The notes beneath the pieces were generated by a model, which made no database searches, was not told the DNA's origin, and saw nothing but the letters and a program-made list of their open reading frames with translations. The position numbers and the translations under genes were made by a program. A stretch of DNA of 64,000 bases, from the NCBI GenBank assembly GCA_040218735.1, contig JAVJQW010000006.1, positions 149,408-213,407 on the forward strand, given 5' to 3'. Source of the DNA: Deltaproteobacteria bacterium. Its GTDB lineage: Bacteria; Myxococcota; Kuafuiibacteriia; Kuafuiibacteriales; Kuafuiibacteriaceae. Of this stretch, positions 46,512-57,277 are shown piece after piece. How positions within the stretch are numbered: the stretch's first letter is position 1; every line of letters starts with the position of its first letter.

Positions 46512-47525
46512 ATGGCCGACGACGACCCGACGACCCCACAGGCGCAGTCGTACGTGGTGGGGGGCGAGGCGCCGCTTCCCGACGAGCACACCGCGCGCGT
46601 CCGCGCGCGACAGCAGGACGAGGCCACCGTCCACAAGGTCCACGACACCACCGTCGACGCACGTCCGGCGACCTCCACCGAGCTCGCCGAGTCGTCGCGC
46701 AAGGCGCGCCGCCGAGAGCGCGATCGCCGCGCCGAGCGCCGCGCGATGCAGTGGTTGGTGGCGGGCTTCGTCGGGCTGGGCGGGATCGGGCTCGTCGCGG
46801 TCAACGTGCTGATCGACGACACCCCCTCGCCGGCCTCTGCGTCGACGGATGACCCCACGAACCCGGACGAGCCCCCGCCGCCGGTGAAACCTCCGCCGCG
46901 CCGCTCGCCAGGGGTGTTCACGACGGCGCCGACCGAGGCGGTCGACATCCCCGCGATCCGGCAGCTTCGCGCCGACGGTCTGACGATCGCCGCGGAGGGG
47001 CTCCCGGAGGTCATCGCCAACGGGGAGGGGCAGGCCGTCGCGCCGCTCGCCGCGCTCGAGACCTGCCGCTTCGCGTTCTCCGTCTGGGAGTTCTCGCCGA
47101 ACCGACGCTTCCGGTTCATGACCACGTGCGCGCCGCTCGAGGGGCAGATCCTGTATGGGGCCTACGAGATTCGCGGGGGCAAGGTGCACATGTCGCCGCT
47201 GACCACGCCGATCGCGCGCATCACCTCCGTGTTCGACGCCGAGCGCCCAGCGTCGATGAAGACCAAGGTGGAGTCGATGCTCAAGGGCGAGGTCATGATG
47301 ACCTTCGAGGTGAACCAGCGCGTGACCGTGATGCGCGCCGGGCTCCACGGCGAAGGATTTCACGACACGTACCGGCAGAAGAACACGATCACGCTGCACC
47401 ACCAGCTCGCGCCGGGCCGCGTGCCGACGCCGCCGAGCGGAGGCGGGGGGGCGGCGCCGCCGCCGCCCACGAAGAAGAAGTCGGGAGGCGGCGATCCGCT
47501 CCTCGATCTCCTCAAGGGGCAATGA
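46512..47525 (+). CDS. Single-pass membrane hypothetical protein
   Basis: Arg-rich segment, TM, Pro-rich linker, two-Cys beta domain. Confidence 0.7.
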   Translation: MADDDPTTPQAQSYVVGGEAPLPDEHTARVRARQQDEATVHKVHDTTVDARPATSTELAESSRKARRRERDRRAERRAMQWLVAGFVGLGGIGLVAVNVLIDDTPSPASASTDDPTNPDEPPPPVKPPPRRSPGVFTTAPTEAVDIPAIRQLRADGLTIAAEGLPEVIANGEGQAVAPLAALETCRFAFSVWEFSPNRRFRFMTTCAPLEGQILYGAYEIRGGKVHMSPLTTPIARITSVFDAERPASMKTKVESMLKGEVMMTFEVNQRVTVMRAGLHGEGFHDTYRQKNTITLHHQLAPGRVPTPPSGGGGAAPPPPTKKKSGGGDPLLDLLKGQ

Positions 47526-48062
47526 CTACGCGCGCCGCCCGATCTGGATCAGCTCACCTTCCTCCTCCGTGCCGTCGCGGCGTCGGAAGCGGTAGCCGCA
47601 CCCGCGCAGCACCGCGGGGCGTCCGGTGAGCGGGACCTCCGGGTACGTTCGGCAGAACAGCGGTCGCGTGCGGTAGGTGCCGCAGCGCCCGTCTTCGCGG
47701 AGGTCGTGGCAGCCGAGGACGCGCACGAGCAAGCCGTCTTGCACCTCCCACGTGTAGCCCTTGTCGAAGAAGTTGTAGAACCGCGTCAGCTTCCACAGGA
47801 CGAGGCGGCCGAGGATCGGGAAACGATCCAGCATCGGCGACCACTCCAGCAGGATGTGGTGGCAGCACGCGCCGCGCTGATGACAGCCGCCGGCGACGCG
47901 GTACTCGGTGCGGAGGAGGATGCGCCCGAAGCGGTGGCCGGCTTCGAGGAGGAGCACGAGCGGCCAGACACACTCGCGCGCGATGCGGCGGACGATGCGG
48001 ACGGGCAGGCTGCGGCGCGGCGCGTCGGGCTGCGCGCCCATGAGCCGCCGCGCGTCGTCCAT
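47526..48062 (-). CDS. YkgJ-family cysteine-cluster protein
   Basis: CHQRGACC, C...GRCGTYRTRPLFCRTYP, GCGY; ATG at 48062 overlaps the upstream stop. Confidence 0.75.
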   Translation of the reverse strand: MDDARRLMGAQPDAPRRSLPVRIVRRIARECVWPLVLLLEAGHRFGRILLRTEYRVAGGCHQRGACCHHILLEWSPMLDRFPILGRLVLWKLTRFYNFFDKGYTWEVQDGLLVRVLGCHDLREDGRCGTYRTRPLFCRTYPEVPLTGRPAVLRGCGYRFRRRDGTEEEGELIQIGRRA

Positions 48063-48817
48063 CAAAGGTCGAGGATGTCGAAGTGGAAGGTGAAGACGAC
48101 CTGGGGCGTGAGCAGCGTGGTGGACGGGCCGTTGCCCGTGCACTGGGCGTCGGCCTCCGAGAGGTTGATGACGCCGCCGTTGGCTCCGGACTGATCCATC
48201 GTGACGCCGTCCAGGCATCGGCCGCGGTCGTCGCGGTAGCTCGTGAACCCGAAGTTGTCGTAGTTGCCGAACAGGATGTCCATCTTGATGCCGGCGGAGA
48301 GGAACGACGCGAGCTTGTACTCGAGCGAGAAGTCGACGTCCCAGAAGGTGCCGCGGTACGCGAAGTCCTCGCCGACCAGCGTGTAGCCGAAGAGGACGCC
48401 GAGGCTCATGTCGATCGGCAGCTCGCTGGTGTCGAGGCCGAACAGGCCGATGAACTTCAGCGGGTACGCGCGGATGCCGCCGCCGATGTGGCCGGCGCCG
48501 CCCGAGAAGCTGTTCCACCCCGCGCCGACGAACCCGAACTCGGGGCCGCCGAAGCCGAGGATCGAGAACCCGAGGCGCAGCTGCGTGCCGAGGCCGGGGG
48601 AGGCGCAGCACGCCGGATCGTTGGACTCGAGCGGGAAGTCGCCTGCGCGGCCCTCGTCTTCGACGGTGACGAGCTTGGTGCCGGAGTAGGCCGCGTAGCC
48701 GAGCCCGAGCTGCAGATACAGCCCTGCGGCGGCCTGTGCGGTGCTCGGGAGCGCGAGGGCGCCGATGAGGGCGAGAGGGAGAAACGCGCGTCGTGCGCCG
48801 CGAACGAGGGAATGCAT
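48062..48817 (-). CDS. Secreted, probable outer-membrane beta-barrel protein
   Basis: Signal peptide ending AQA; alternating Gly/aromatic strands; terminal VVFTFHF strand. Confidence 0.65.
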   Translation of the reverse strand: MHSLVRGARRAFLPLALIGALALPSTAQAAAGLYLQLGLGYAAYSGTKLVTVEDEGRAGDFPLESNDPACCASPGLGTQLRLGFSILGFGGPEFGFVGAGWNSFSGGAGHIGGGIRAYPLKFIGLFGLDTSELPIDMSLGVLFGYTLVGEDFAYRGTFWDVDFSLEYKLASFLSAGIKMDILFGNYDNFGFTSYRDDRGRCLDGVTMDQSGANGGVINLSEADAQCTGNGPSTTLLTPQVVFTFHFDILDL

Positions 48818-48859
48818 TGCGTTGTGTGGACTTTATTTTAGACTCCCGGCGGACTCAAC

Positions 48860-49690
48860 ATGGACGACACCACCAAACGAGTCTTCATCGTCGCGGACGG
48901 GACCGGCGAAACGGCGCAGCAGGTCTGTCACGCGGCGCTCACGCAGTTCCGGACGTCCGAGATCCAGACCGAGACCTTCACCCGCGTTCGCTCGAAGTTC
49001 GAGATCCGCGAGATCATGGAGCGCGCCGCCAAGGAGCGCGCGTTCGTCGTGTACACGGTGATCGACCCCGAGCACCGCGACTTCGTGCAGAGCACGGCGC
49101 ACGAGTTCCAGGTCGAAGTCGCGGACCTGATCGGCGGCCTCGTGCTGAAGCTGGGCGCGTTCCTGGGGGAGCAGCCGCTCTTCGCGACGGGCATCAAACA
49201 CCAGCTCGACGCCGAGTACTTCAAGCGCATCGAGGCCGTGGAGTTCGCGGTGAAGAGCGACGACGGCCAGTCGCCGCAGAACCTCAAGCGCGCCGACATG
49301 ATCCTCATCGGGCTGTCACGCACCTCGAAGACGCCCCTGTCGATGTACCTCGCGCACAAGGGCTACCGCGTCGCGAACGTGCCGCTGGTCCCCGAGATCC
49401 CGCCGCCGCGGGAGCTGTTCGACGTCGACCAGGAGAAGATCTACGCGCTGATCATCGACCTCAACTCGCTGGTCCGCGTGCGTCACCAACGCCTCCGCGC
49501 GCTGGGGCTGCCGCCGGACGCCGAGTACGCCGCGCGCGAGAACATCGCCCGGGAGCTTCGCTGGGTGCGCGAGTTCTACGCGCGCCACCCGACCTGGCCG
49601 GTGGTGGACACGTCGGGCCGCGCCGTCGAAGAGACCAGCGCGGAGATGATCCGCATCATGAAGGAGCGGGAAGCGCGGCGCGCCGGGTAG
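48860..49690 (+). CDS. ppsR: PEP synthase/PPDK regulatory kinase-pyrophosphorylase (DUF299)
   Basis: DGTGETA, YFKRIEAVEFAVKSDDG, GLSRTSKTPLSMYLA. Confidence 0.92.
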   Translation: MDDTTKRVFIVADGTGETAQQVCHAALTQFRTSEIQTETFTRVRSKFEIREIMERAAKERAFVVYTVIDPEHRDFVQSTAHEFQVEVADLIGGLVLKLGAFLGEQPLFATGIKHQLDAEYFKRIEAVEFAVKSDDGQSPQNLKRADMILIGLSRTSKTPLSMYLAHKGYRVANVPLVPEIPPPRELFDVDQEKIYALIIDLNSLVRVRHQRLRALGLPPDAEYAARENIARELRWVREFYARHPTWPVVDTSGRAVEETSAEMIRIMKEREARRAG

Positions 49691-50155
49691 CTACTTCAAC
49701 CCGATCCGCCGGTAGTCCGCCTTCACGAACTTCCAGTCGCCGTCGATCTTCTGCAGGCCCATCTCGATCTCGAGCATCGTCGCGTTCGTTGGCACGAGGT
49801 CCTGGACCTCCTGCACATCGTTGCCCTCCGCGACGGCGACCTCCAGCTTCGCCTTGGCGTAGCTGTCGTTCTTCACCTCGACGACGAGGTTGCGCTCGAT
49901 CGCCTTGACCCAGCCCTTGCGGAAGAAGAACCCCATCAAGTAGCGCCGGGTGTCGGCGAGCTTCATCTTGCGCGGCCCGACGAAGGACTCGTCGGCGTCT
50001 TGTACGACACCGCCCGCGTCCTTCTCGTTCGCGGCCGTGAGCGCTCGACGCACCGTGGCCTTGATCAGGTCTTCGTCGGAGGTCTTCTTGCAGGCGGTCG
50101 CCCCGAGCAGGACGCTCAGGGCCAGACCGAGGAGGAGGCGGGCGGGCAATCGCAA
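49691..50155 (-). CDS. NTF2-like lipoprotein
   Basis: ATAC lipobox; C-terminal KIDGDWKF. Confidence 0.7.
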   Translation of the reverse strand: MRLPARLLLGLALSVLLGATACKKTSDEDLIKATVRRALTAANEKDAGGVVQDADESFVGPRKMKLADTRRYLMGFFFRKGWVKAIERNLVVEVKNDSYAKAKLEVAVAEGNDVQEVQDLVPTNATMLEIEMGLQKIDGDWKFVKADYRRIGLK

Positions 50156-50156
50156 G

Positions 50157-51761
50157 TCAGCTTGCGGAGGAGAGCGAGCGCAGGTACTCGCGCTTCTTCT
50201 CGCCCCACGCCCCCGCCATCTTGCGCGCGGCCTTCTTGATCTTGCGCTCCTTCACGCCCTTGAACTCGCCAATGACGCGGTCGTAGAAGCGCACGACCTC
50301 CGGGATGGGGCGACGCAGCTTCTTGTACTGGTCCTCGGCCGTCTTGTACGACGCGTCCGCGCCGTCGACGAGGTAGTTCCAGAGGCTGATCTCTCCCAGG
50401 TACTCGTGGACCTCCGGGTACAGGCGACGCTTGTCGAGCGCCAGGCTGAGCGCCTCGCCGACCTTCTCGATGTCCGCCTTGTTCCCCTTGGCCTTCTCCT
50501 CCTCGAACGTGACCTTCGCGAGGCCGAAGAGGATGTCCGGGTTGTCGCCGAGCTCGGCGGCCTTCGTGTAGTGCTCCTTGGCCTTTTCGATCTCCCCCTT
50601 ACGCAGGGCGTGGTCGCCGCGGAAGATCTCGTACTCGGGGCCCTTGGTGCCGAGCGCGCTCTTCTCGAGCTCGTCGACGATCGCGAGCGCCGCGTCGTCC
50701 TTCTGCTCGCTCTTGAGCTCCGCGAGGTCCCACTTCGGGCCGCGGTACGCCGGCTTGGCGTCGGCCGCCTTCGCGTACGCCTCGCCCGCCTTCTTGAAGC
50801 GGCCGAGCGCGTAGTGCGCGCGCCCCTGGAGGTCGTACAGCGGCGCGAAGTCGGGCATCTTCTTCAGCGCTTCGTCCGCCTTCGTGATCGCGCCGTCCGC
50901 GTTGCCGACGGCCAGCGCGAGCTCACCCTCGGCCCACAGCAGCATCCCCTCGCCGCGCGCCGCGAAGTTCTTGGTCTTCTGCGCGCGCTCGATGTTCTGC
51001 GCGGGGTTCGTGAGGTTGCCGTAGTTCTTGAGCTGGAGCGCCGCGAGGTAGGAGCGCGCCAAGTCGTGGTTCGGGTTCATGCTGTCACGGGTGATGTCCC
51101 GCAGCTGCTTGACCGCGGCGCGATCGTCGCCCTGCAGGTGCGCGATCTCCGCGAGCGTCAGCTGGAACGCGACCGCCGAGAACGCCGACTCCTGCGCCGA
51201 GCGGATGACGCGGTTCGCCTCGATGAACTTGCCCTGCGCCTTCAACGCGACGCCCATCGCGTGTGCGATGACCGGGGCGCCGATCTCCTGCTCGAAGAGC
51301 TTGATGACGTCGGCCTCGGCCTCGGCCGCCTTGCCGTCCGCCACCTTGAGGTAGGCCGCGGCGGCGTAACGTGACGCCGTCTCCGCGTCCCCGGCCTCTT
51401 GCAGGTGCTGGCGCGCCTTGTCGAGCGAGCCGGCGACGCCGTTGTCGTTGAGGTAGTAGTAGGTCAGGGCGAGCGCCGCGTTCGCCTCCTGGTTGCCCGG
51501 GTCGAGGTCCAGGATCTCTTCGTACAGCTTCTTGGCCTCTTCGAGCGAAGCGACGTCGTGCTTGTACATCTTGTCGCGCGCCTTCTGCGCGCGCTTGGCG
51601 ACCTCTTCTTTGACCGTGACGTGCTGGTTGTAGAGGAAGAGTCCGCCGACCCCGAGGCCGGCCACGAGTACGACCGGTACGAGGAAGCCGACCAACCCGG
51701 TCGAGCGCTGGGGCGTCGTGAGCTCGTCACCGAGTGCGTCATGGGCTTGTTCTTGGGCCAT
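50157..51761 (-). CDS. Membrane-anchored TPR-repeat protein
   Basis: N-terminal TM then many TPR-like helix pairs; ATG at 51761 with GGAGG upstream. Confidence 0.8.
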   Translation of the reverse strand: MAQEQAHDALGDELTTPQRSTGLVGFLVPVVLVAGLGVGGLFLYNQHVTVKEEVAKRAQKARDKMYKHDVASLEEAKKLYEEILDLDPGNQEANAALALTYYYLNDNGVAGSLDKARQHLQEAGDAETASRYAAAAYLKVADGKAAEAEADVIKLFEQEIGAPVIAHAMGVALKAQGKFIEANRVIRSAQESAFSAVAFQLTLAEIAHLQGDDRAAVKQLRDITRDSMNPNHDLARSYLAALQLKNYGNLTNPAQNIERAQKTKNFAARGEGMLLWAEGELALAVGNADGAITKADEALKKMPDFAPLYDLQGRAHYALGRFKKAGEAYAKAADAKPAYRGPKWDLAELKSEQKDDAALAIVDELEKSALGTKGPEYEIFRGDHALRKGEIEKAKEHYTKAAELGDNPDILFGLAKVTFEEEKAKGNKADIEKVGEALSLALDKRRLYPEVHEYLGEISLWNYLVDGADASYKTAEDQYKKLRRPIPEVVRFYDRVIGEFKGVKERKIKKAARKMAGAWGEKKREYLRSLSSAS

Positions 51762-51840
51762 CCAGGATCCTCCGCGCGTCTGCGCTGCTCGGCGGGTGTG
51801 ACGTCGGCCTCCTAGACCGCAAAACCCGAACGATTCCGGG

Positions 51841-51869
51841 TTGCTAACAATGGAGTAAAAGCGTGTCAA
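51841..51869 (-). promoter_or_regulatory. Sigma70-like promoter for the TPR gene
   Basis: TTGACA-N17-TAGCAA with a TG extension in the AT-richer divergent intergenic region. Confidence 0.45.
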
Positions 51870-51950
51870 GCGACCGATCGAGCCTGAGACACCCCAATGA
51901 CGATCAGGCTTTTGTGTCGAGCTTTGCTGGGGTTACGCTATTCGGCAGCC

Positions 51951-53204
<1,254 letters not shown>

Positions 53205-53205
53205 T

Positions 53206-53877
53206 CTACTGACGCGCGCGCTGCGAGGCGGCGCGCAGGAGCCGGTTCACTTCGTCCTCGGCGGACGCTTCCTGGCGGAGGCGCTCCGACGTGTCCTCCA
53301 GCTCGGACAGCGCGTGTTTGACGGGCTCGCTCTCGAGGCCCGCCGCCGACGAGCTCTGATCGAGCATCGCGAGGTGCAGGTTCTTCAGCTCGACGAGGAT
53401 GCGCTCGGCGCTCGCGTCGAGATCGCGCTGGCGGCCGCTCAGGCGCTCCGCCTGTTCGGCCTGCGTCTCGAGCCCGCGTAGCCGCTCGCGCTCCTTGTCG
53501 CGCTGCTCGAGATCCGACGCGGTCTCGGCCTCGACGCGCGCGTCGTCGATCTGCGCCGCGAGCTTCTTTGTGTCGATGCCCTCCAGCGCCGCGCGGATCT
53601 GACGCTGGATCTGCTCCTGTTTCGCGAGGCGCCGGAGCACGTCGTCGACGCGCTCCGCGACCCGCCGCCTCGCGTCGGGCGCGGCGGTGTCGACGATCAA
53701 CACGCGCATCTTCAGCGCCGCGTCGAGCCGCGGCGCCTTCTTCGCGAGCTTCATCATCTCGTTCAGCTCGATGACGTTGAGGCCCCCCGAGCCGAGGAGC
53801 TTGCGGGCGCGCCACCAGCGCACGCCGGCGTACGCGGCGAAGCCGACGATCAGGAACAGGATGAGGCGGAAGAGCAT
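53206..53877 (-). CDS. Membrane-anchored coiled-coil protein
   Basis: N-terminal TM, long heptad helices; ATG directly follows the SPFH stop. Confidence 0.75.
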   Translation of the reverse strand: MLFRLILFLIVGFAAYAGVRWWRARKLLGSGGLNVIELNEMMKLAKKAPRLDAALKMRVLIVDTAAPDARRRVAERVDDVLRRLAKQEQIQRQIRAALEGIDTKKLAAQIDDARVEAETASDLEQRDKERERLRGLETQAEQAERLSGRQRDLDASAERILVELKNLHLAMLDQSSSAAGLESEPVKHALSELEDTSERLRQEASAEDEVNRLLRAASQRARQ

Positions 53878-54915
53878 CTAGCGACCCATGAAGAACTTTC
53901 GCCAGGCCGCCATGCTTCCGAACGTCTGCAGGAAGTTCGGGTCGTTCGAGTTGAGCTGGATGTCGCCCAGCTCGAAGTTCTCGGCGGCGGTGATCGCGGA
54001 GTAGGTCTTACCGGCCTGTGACGCGAGCGCGCGCGCCTTGAGCCGTTCGCCGAGCGCTTCGGCTTTGGCCTCCGCGAGGTTGCCGGCCGCTTCCGCCTCC
54101 GCGTAGAACGCGTCGCCCTCCGAGCGTCGGCGTCGATCGTACTGGACCGCCTCGGCTTCGATCGCCGCGATCTCCAGCTCGTACTTCGTCTTGAGCTCCT
54201 CGATCTTCTCGTTCCACTCCTCGCGTTTGACGTTGATCTCTTTCTCGATCGTCTTCTCCAACGTCTCCGTCGACTGGATCGCGACGGACTCCTTGCGGAG
54301 CGCTTCGTCGAGCTTGCCCTGCACGATGAAGTACTGCTTGTCCTGCAGCTTCTGTTCGTACTCCGGGCGGAACCGAATCGCGCGGATCACCACCGAGTTC
54401 GCTTCCACGTGGTACTGCTCGAGCGCCGCGTTGAGCTTGGGCAGGATCGTCTTCGAGATCTCCTGCCGTTTGTCGGTCTGGTAGATGTCCGTGTTGGTCA
54501 TCGCCGCGAGCGTCTCGCGCAGGATGCCGGTCGTCGTCGACGCCACCTTCTGCGGGTAGGTGCCGATGAAGCCCTCCTGGATGATGCGCCACGCCTCGCC
54601 GTCCTTGATGTGCCAAGGGATCGTGACGTCCACGTAGATGACGTTGTTCGCGGACGTACGCACCTCGAGCGAGCGCGCCTCCGCGCCCGGCTCGTCGTTG
54701 TAGTTGAGGTACTGCAGCGTGCGCGGCATCCGGTACCAGCTGTGGAGCAGCGGGAGGCTGAACTGGTAGCCGAAGTGGAAGTCCTGCTCCGTGATACCGC
54801 CCGTCAACGAGCGGCGCACGCCGATCTCCCACGGGTTGATGCGCACGAGCAGGAGCTTGGGCGCGAGCCAGAAGAGCAGGAACGCGATGCAGACGACGTT
54901 GATCAGGCGCTTCAC
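53878..54915 (-). CDS. SPFH/band-7 domain protein
   Basis: TM, INPWEIGVR, band-7 core, coiled-coil tail. Confidence 0.85.
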   Translation of the reverse strand: MKRLINVVCIAFLLFWLAPKLLLVRINPWEIGVRRSLTGGITEQDFHFGYQFSLPLLHSWYRMPRTLQYLNYNDEPGAEARSLEVRTSANNVIYVDVTIPWHIKDGEAWRIIQEGFIGTYPQKVASTTTGILRETLAAMTNTDIYQTDKRQEISKTILPKLNAALEQYHVEANSVVIRAIRFRPEYEQKLQDKQYFIVQGKLDEALRKESVAIQSTETLEKTIEKEINVKREEWNEKIEELKTKYELEIAAIEAEAVQYDRRRRSEGDAFYAEAEAAGNLAEAKAEALGERLKARALASQAGKTYSAITAAENFELGDIQLNSNDPNFLQTFGSMAAWRKFFMGR

Positions 54916-56036
54916 TGGCCACCTCCACGGTTGATGTGACGGATGTCGATGGGCGTCGCCGGCTTCACGAGCGGCGTCGCCGTCACCTTCTTGAGCTGCG
55001 GGAACACCTTCTCGGCGATCACGCGGTTGAGGACGTCCGGCCCCGCGGCGCCGACCGCGGTGATCTTGGCGACCATGCCCTCGGCGGCCTTCTTGTAAGC
55101 GACCTCGTTGGCCTTCGCGCGGACGATCTTCTCGTCGCGGTAGGCGCTGCCGTTGGCCTCGCGGTCGATGAAGTACTTGTCGGCGTCACGTTTGATCGCG
55201 ATCAGCTGGTTGCCGGCGGCCTTCTTCCGCGACTCGAGCTCGGCGATGAGGCTCTGGTACTCGCCGTTCTTCTCCTGCTCGATGCTCTGGATCTTGAGGC
55301 CCTTCTCCTGCTCGAGCTTGCGGCGCTTCTCCTCCTGCACCTCGACCTCTTGCTCCGCGTTCTGGCGATCCTCGATGGCCTTCTCGACGCGCGCCTCGAA
55401 CTTCGGCTTTGGCGTGACGATCTGGGTGACCTCGACGCCGAGCGGGGACAGCGCCTCGTTCAGGTGGGTCTTGGCGTCCGTCGTCGCGGCGCCGTAGGTC
55501 GCGGGGTTCGCGATCTCGAGGAAGTCGTAGCGGCCGAACTCGTCGCGGAGCACCTGCCGCGCGTAGGTCGCGAGCAGCTCCACCTTGAAGGCGTCGTCGG
55601 GGCCCGAGGTCCGGATGACGTCGGCGGCCTGGCTCGGGACGATCTGGTAGTGCACTTCGAGGCGGTCGAAGTAGAAGTTGGAGCCGTCGTTCGCGCGGAC
55701 CGTCAGGGACCGCTCGGTGTTCACGTCCCCCTCGCCGCGTTTCTTCACCTCGTCGTTCGACATGACGAAGACCTGCGGTCGGCGCTCGAGGACGTGCACC
55801 GCCTGGAGCCCGGGGAGGAACGTCTTGGCGCCCTGCTGGACGATGGTCTCCTCGTCGTCGCCGAAGATGGCGATGCCCGTGTTGTTGTAGACGACCGCGA
55901 CCTCACCCGGCTCGATTTCGACGAACCCGCCGGTGCCGAGCAGCAGCTCGCCCAGGATGATGAGCACCACCGCCGCGATCAACACGGTCGTCACGTTCAG
56001 CTTGACCGGTAATTTCAGCTTCTTCGGATCCGCCAT
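54912..56036 (-). CDS. SPFH/band-7 domain protein
   Basis: TM, IEPGEVAVV, band-7 core (LRDEFG...LGVEV), coiled-coil tail. Confidence 0.85.
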   Translation of the reverse strand: MADPKKLKLPVKLNVTTVLIAAVVLIILGELLLGTGGFVEIEPGEVAVVYNNTGIAIFGDDEETIVQQGAKTFLPGLQAVHVLERRPQVFVMSNDEVKKRGEGDVNTERSLTVRANDGSNFYFDRLEVHYQIVPSQAADVIRTSGPDDAFKVELLATYARQVLRDEFGRYDFLEIANPATYGAATTDAKTHLNEALSPLGVEVTQIVTPKPKFEARVEKAIEDRQNAEQEVEVQEEKRRKLEQEKGLKIQSIEQEKNGEYQSLIAELESRKKAAGNQLIAIKRDADKYFIDREANGSAYRDEKIVRAKANEVAYKKAAEGMVAKITAVGAAGPDVLNRVIAEKVFPQLKKVTATPLVKPATPIDIRHINRGGGQ

Positions 56037-56085
56037 GGGCGGGAGCGAAACACCGAATCGGGGCGGGGCGCAAACGTACGCGCGG

Positions 56086-56604
56086 TCAGAAGTACCAGCG
56101 CGCGCCGAGGCCGCCGTCGATCAGGAAGTCGGTGCTGGGCAGGAGCCCGATGCCGGGCGCGACCTCCAGGAAGATCTCGATCGGCACCGGCGACAGCCAC
56201 AGCCCGATCCCGATCGGGAAACGCACCCCGATGATCGCGTCGTCGCCCACGATGCCCAGGCGCCCGCCGACGCCGACCGTCGGCACGAGGATCCCGACCC
56301 GGTCGAGCCTCGGGAGCACGTTGCGGACGTGGAAGACGTAGTCGCCGATCAGGATGAACCGCCCGCGTCGCCCGACGCCGTAGCCCACGTGGGCCTGGAC
56401 GCCGGAGTGGGGCGCGAACAGGTACTTGGCGGACAGCGCGGTGGGCTCGCCGAGGATCAGGCCGGCCCCGAACGGGCCGTTCTTCATGCCGCCGACGGTG
56501 GTCTTGCGCTCGGCGGCGTCGAGGTCGTCGACCGCGTCAGCGAAGGCCGGGCGGGCGAGGGCCACCAGACCGAGGGCGAAGAGCGTCGCGGCGAAGGTGC
56601 GCAT
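56086..56604 (-). CDS. Small outer-membrane beta-barrel-like protein
   Basis: Signal peptide ending AFA, FGAGLILGEPTALSAK, C-terminal GLGARWYF. Confidence 0.75.
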   Translation of the reverse strand: MRTFAATLFALGLVALARPAFADAVDDLDAAERKTTVGGMKNGPFGAGLILGEPTALSAKYLFAPHSGVQAHVGYGVGRRGRFILIGDYVFHVRNVLPRLDRVGILVPTVGVGGRLGIVGDDAIIGVRFPIGIGLWLSPVPIEIFLEVAPGIGLLPSTDFLIDGGLGARWYF

Positions 56605-56611
56605 GACGGTG

Positions 56612-56659
56612 AAAAGGAGAAGGCCGGAACCACGGCTTTGGCAAGTGGTTCCGGCCTTC
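56612..56659 (-). terminator. Terminator hairpin after tRNA-Gln/tRNA-Glu
   Basis: 15-bp IR GAAGGCCGGAACCAC/GTGGTTCCGGCCTTC followed on the minus strand by TCCTTTT. Confidence 0.7.
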
Positions 56660-56664
56660 GGTTG

Positions 56665-56737
56665 TGACCCCACGGAGACTCGAACTCCGGTCTGCGGCGT
56701 GAGAGGCCGCCGTCCTAGACCGCTAGACGATGGGGCC
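56665..56737 (-). tRNA. tRNA-Glu(CUC)
   Basis: GGCCCCA/TGGGGTC acceptor stem, GCGGC-CT CTC AC-GCCGC anticodon arm. Confidence 0.95.
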
Positions 56738-56752
56738 AAACTTCTTTTTCGA

Positions 56753-56824
56753 TTGGGGTACGAGGACTCGAACCTCGACTAACGGAACCAGAATCCGCCG
56801 TCCTGCCAATTAGACGATACCCCA
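56753..56824 (-). tRNA. tRNA-Gln(CUG)
   Basis: TGGGGTA/TACCCCA acceptor stem (U1-A72), GCGGA-TT CTG GT-TCCGT anticodon arm. Confidence 0.94.
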
Positions 56825-56866
56825 ACGAGGTCCGCGAATCCTGCCAACGAACGGAGACGACCGCAA

Positions 56867-57244
56867 TCATTTTTTTCGTCTGCGCGACTTCTTCTTCGAC
56901 GGCACGTAATCGGGGTTGGGGAGAACCGTGATGAACACCTTTCCGTTCGTCTCGTAGACGTTGATCCAATCCCAACGTCGTCGCTCCGCGATGTTCTGAA
57001 TGGACACGCCACGAACACCCGGCGCCGTCGGCATCTGCCGCCACACCGTCGTCTTCTTGCGGTAGTAGACGCCGGCGAGCGAGCGCACGGTGCGATCCCA
57101 GTCGCGCGTGGCGCGGTACTGACCTTCGCCGATCTTGCGCGTCTCGTCGGGGATGTACGCGCCGTACACCTTGTCGGCGGAGGCGACGCGCGGCGCGAGC
57201 ACGAACGCAAAGAGCAGGGCCACGGCGACGAGAGCGCTACGCAC
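56867..57244 (-). CDS. Small basic secreted hypothetical protein
   Basis: Signal peptide ending ASA; Lys/Arg-rich tail. Confidence 0.7.
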   Translation of the reverse strand: MRSALVAVALLFAFVLAPRVASADKVYGAYIPDETRKIGEGQYRATRDWDRTVRSLAGVYYRKKTTVWRQMPTAPGVRGVSIQNIAERRRWDWINVYETNGKVFITVLPNPDYVPSKKKSRRRKK

Positions 57245-57277
57245 GGCCCGGATTCAAAGGACGGCGCGGCGCCGCTG

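Noticed and set aside
56605-56739. ORF-track extension of the beta-barrel gene
   Set aside because: It runs through tRNA-Glu and its terminator; the signal peptide starts at 56604
56665-56824. tRNAs as an integration site
   Set aside because: No duplicated tRNA 3' end or integrase noticed nearby
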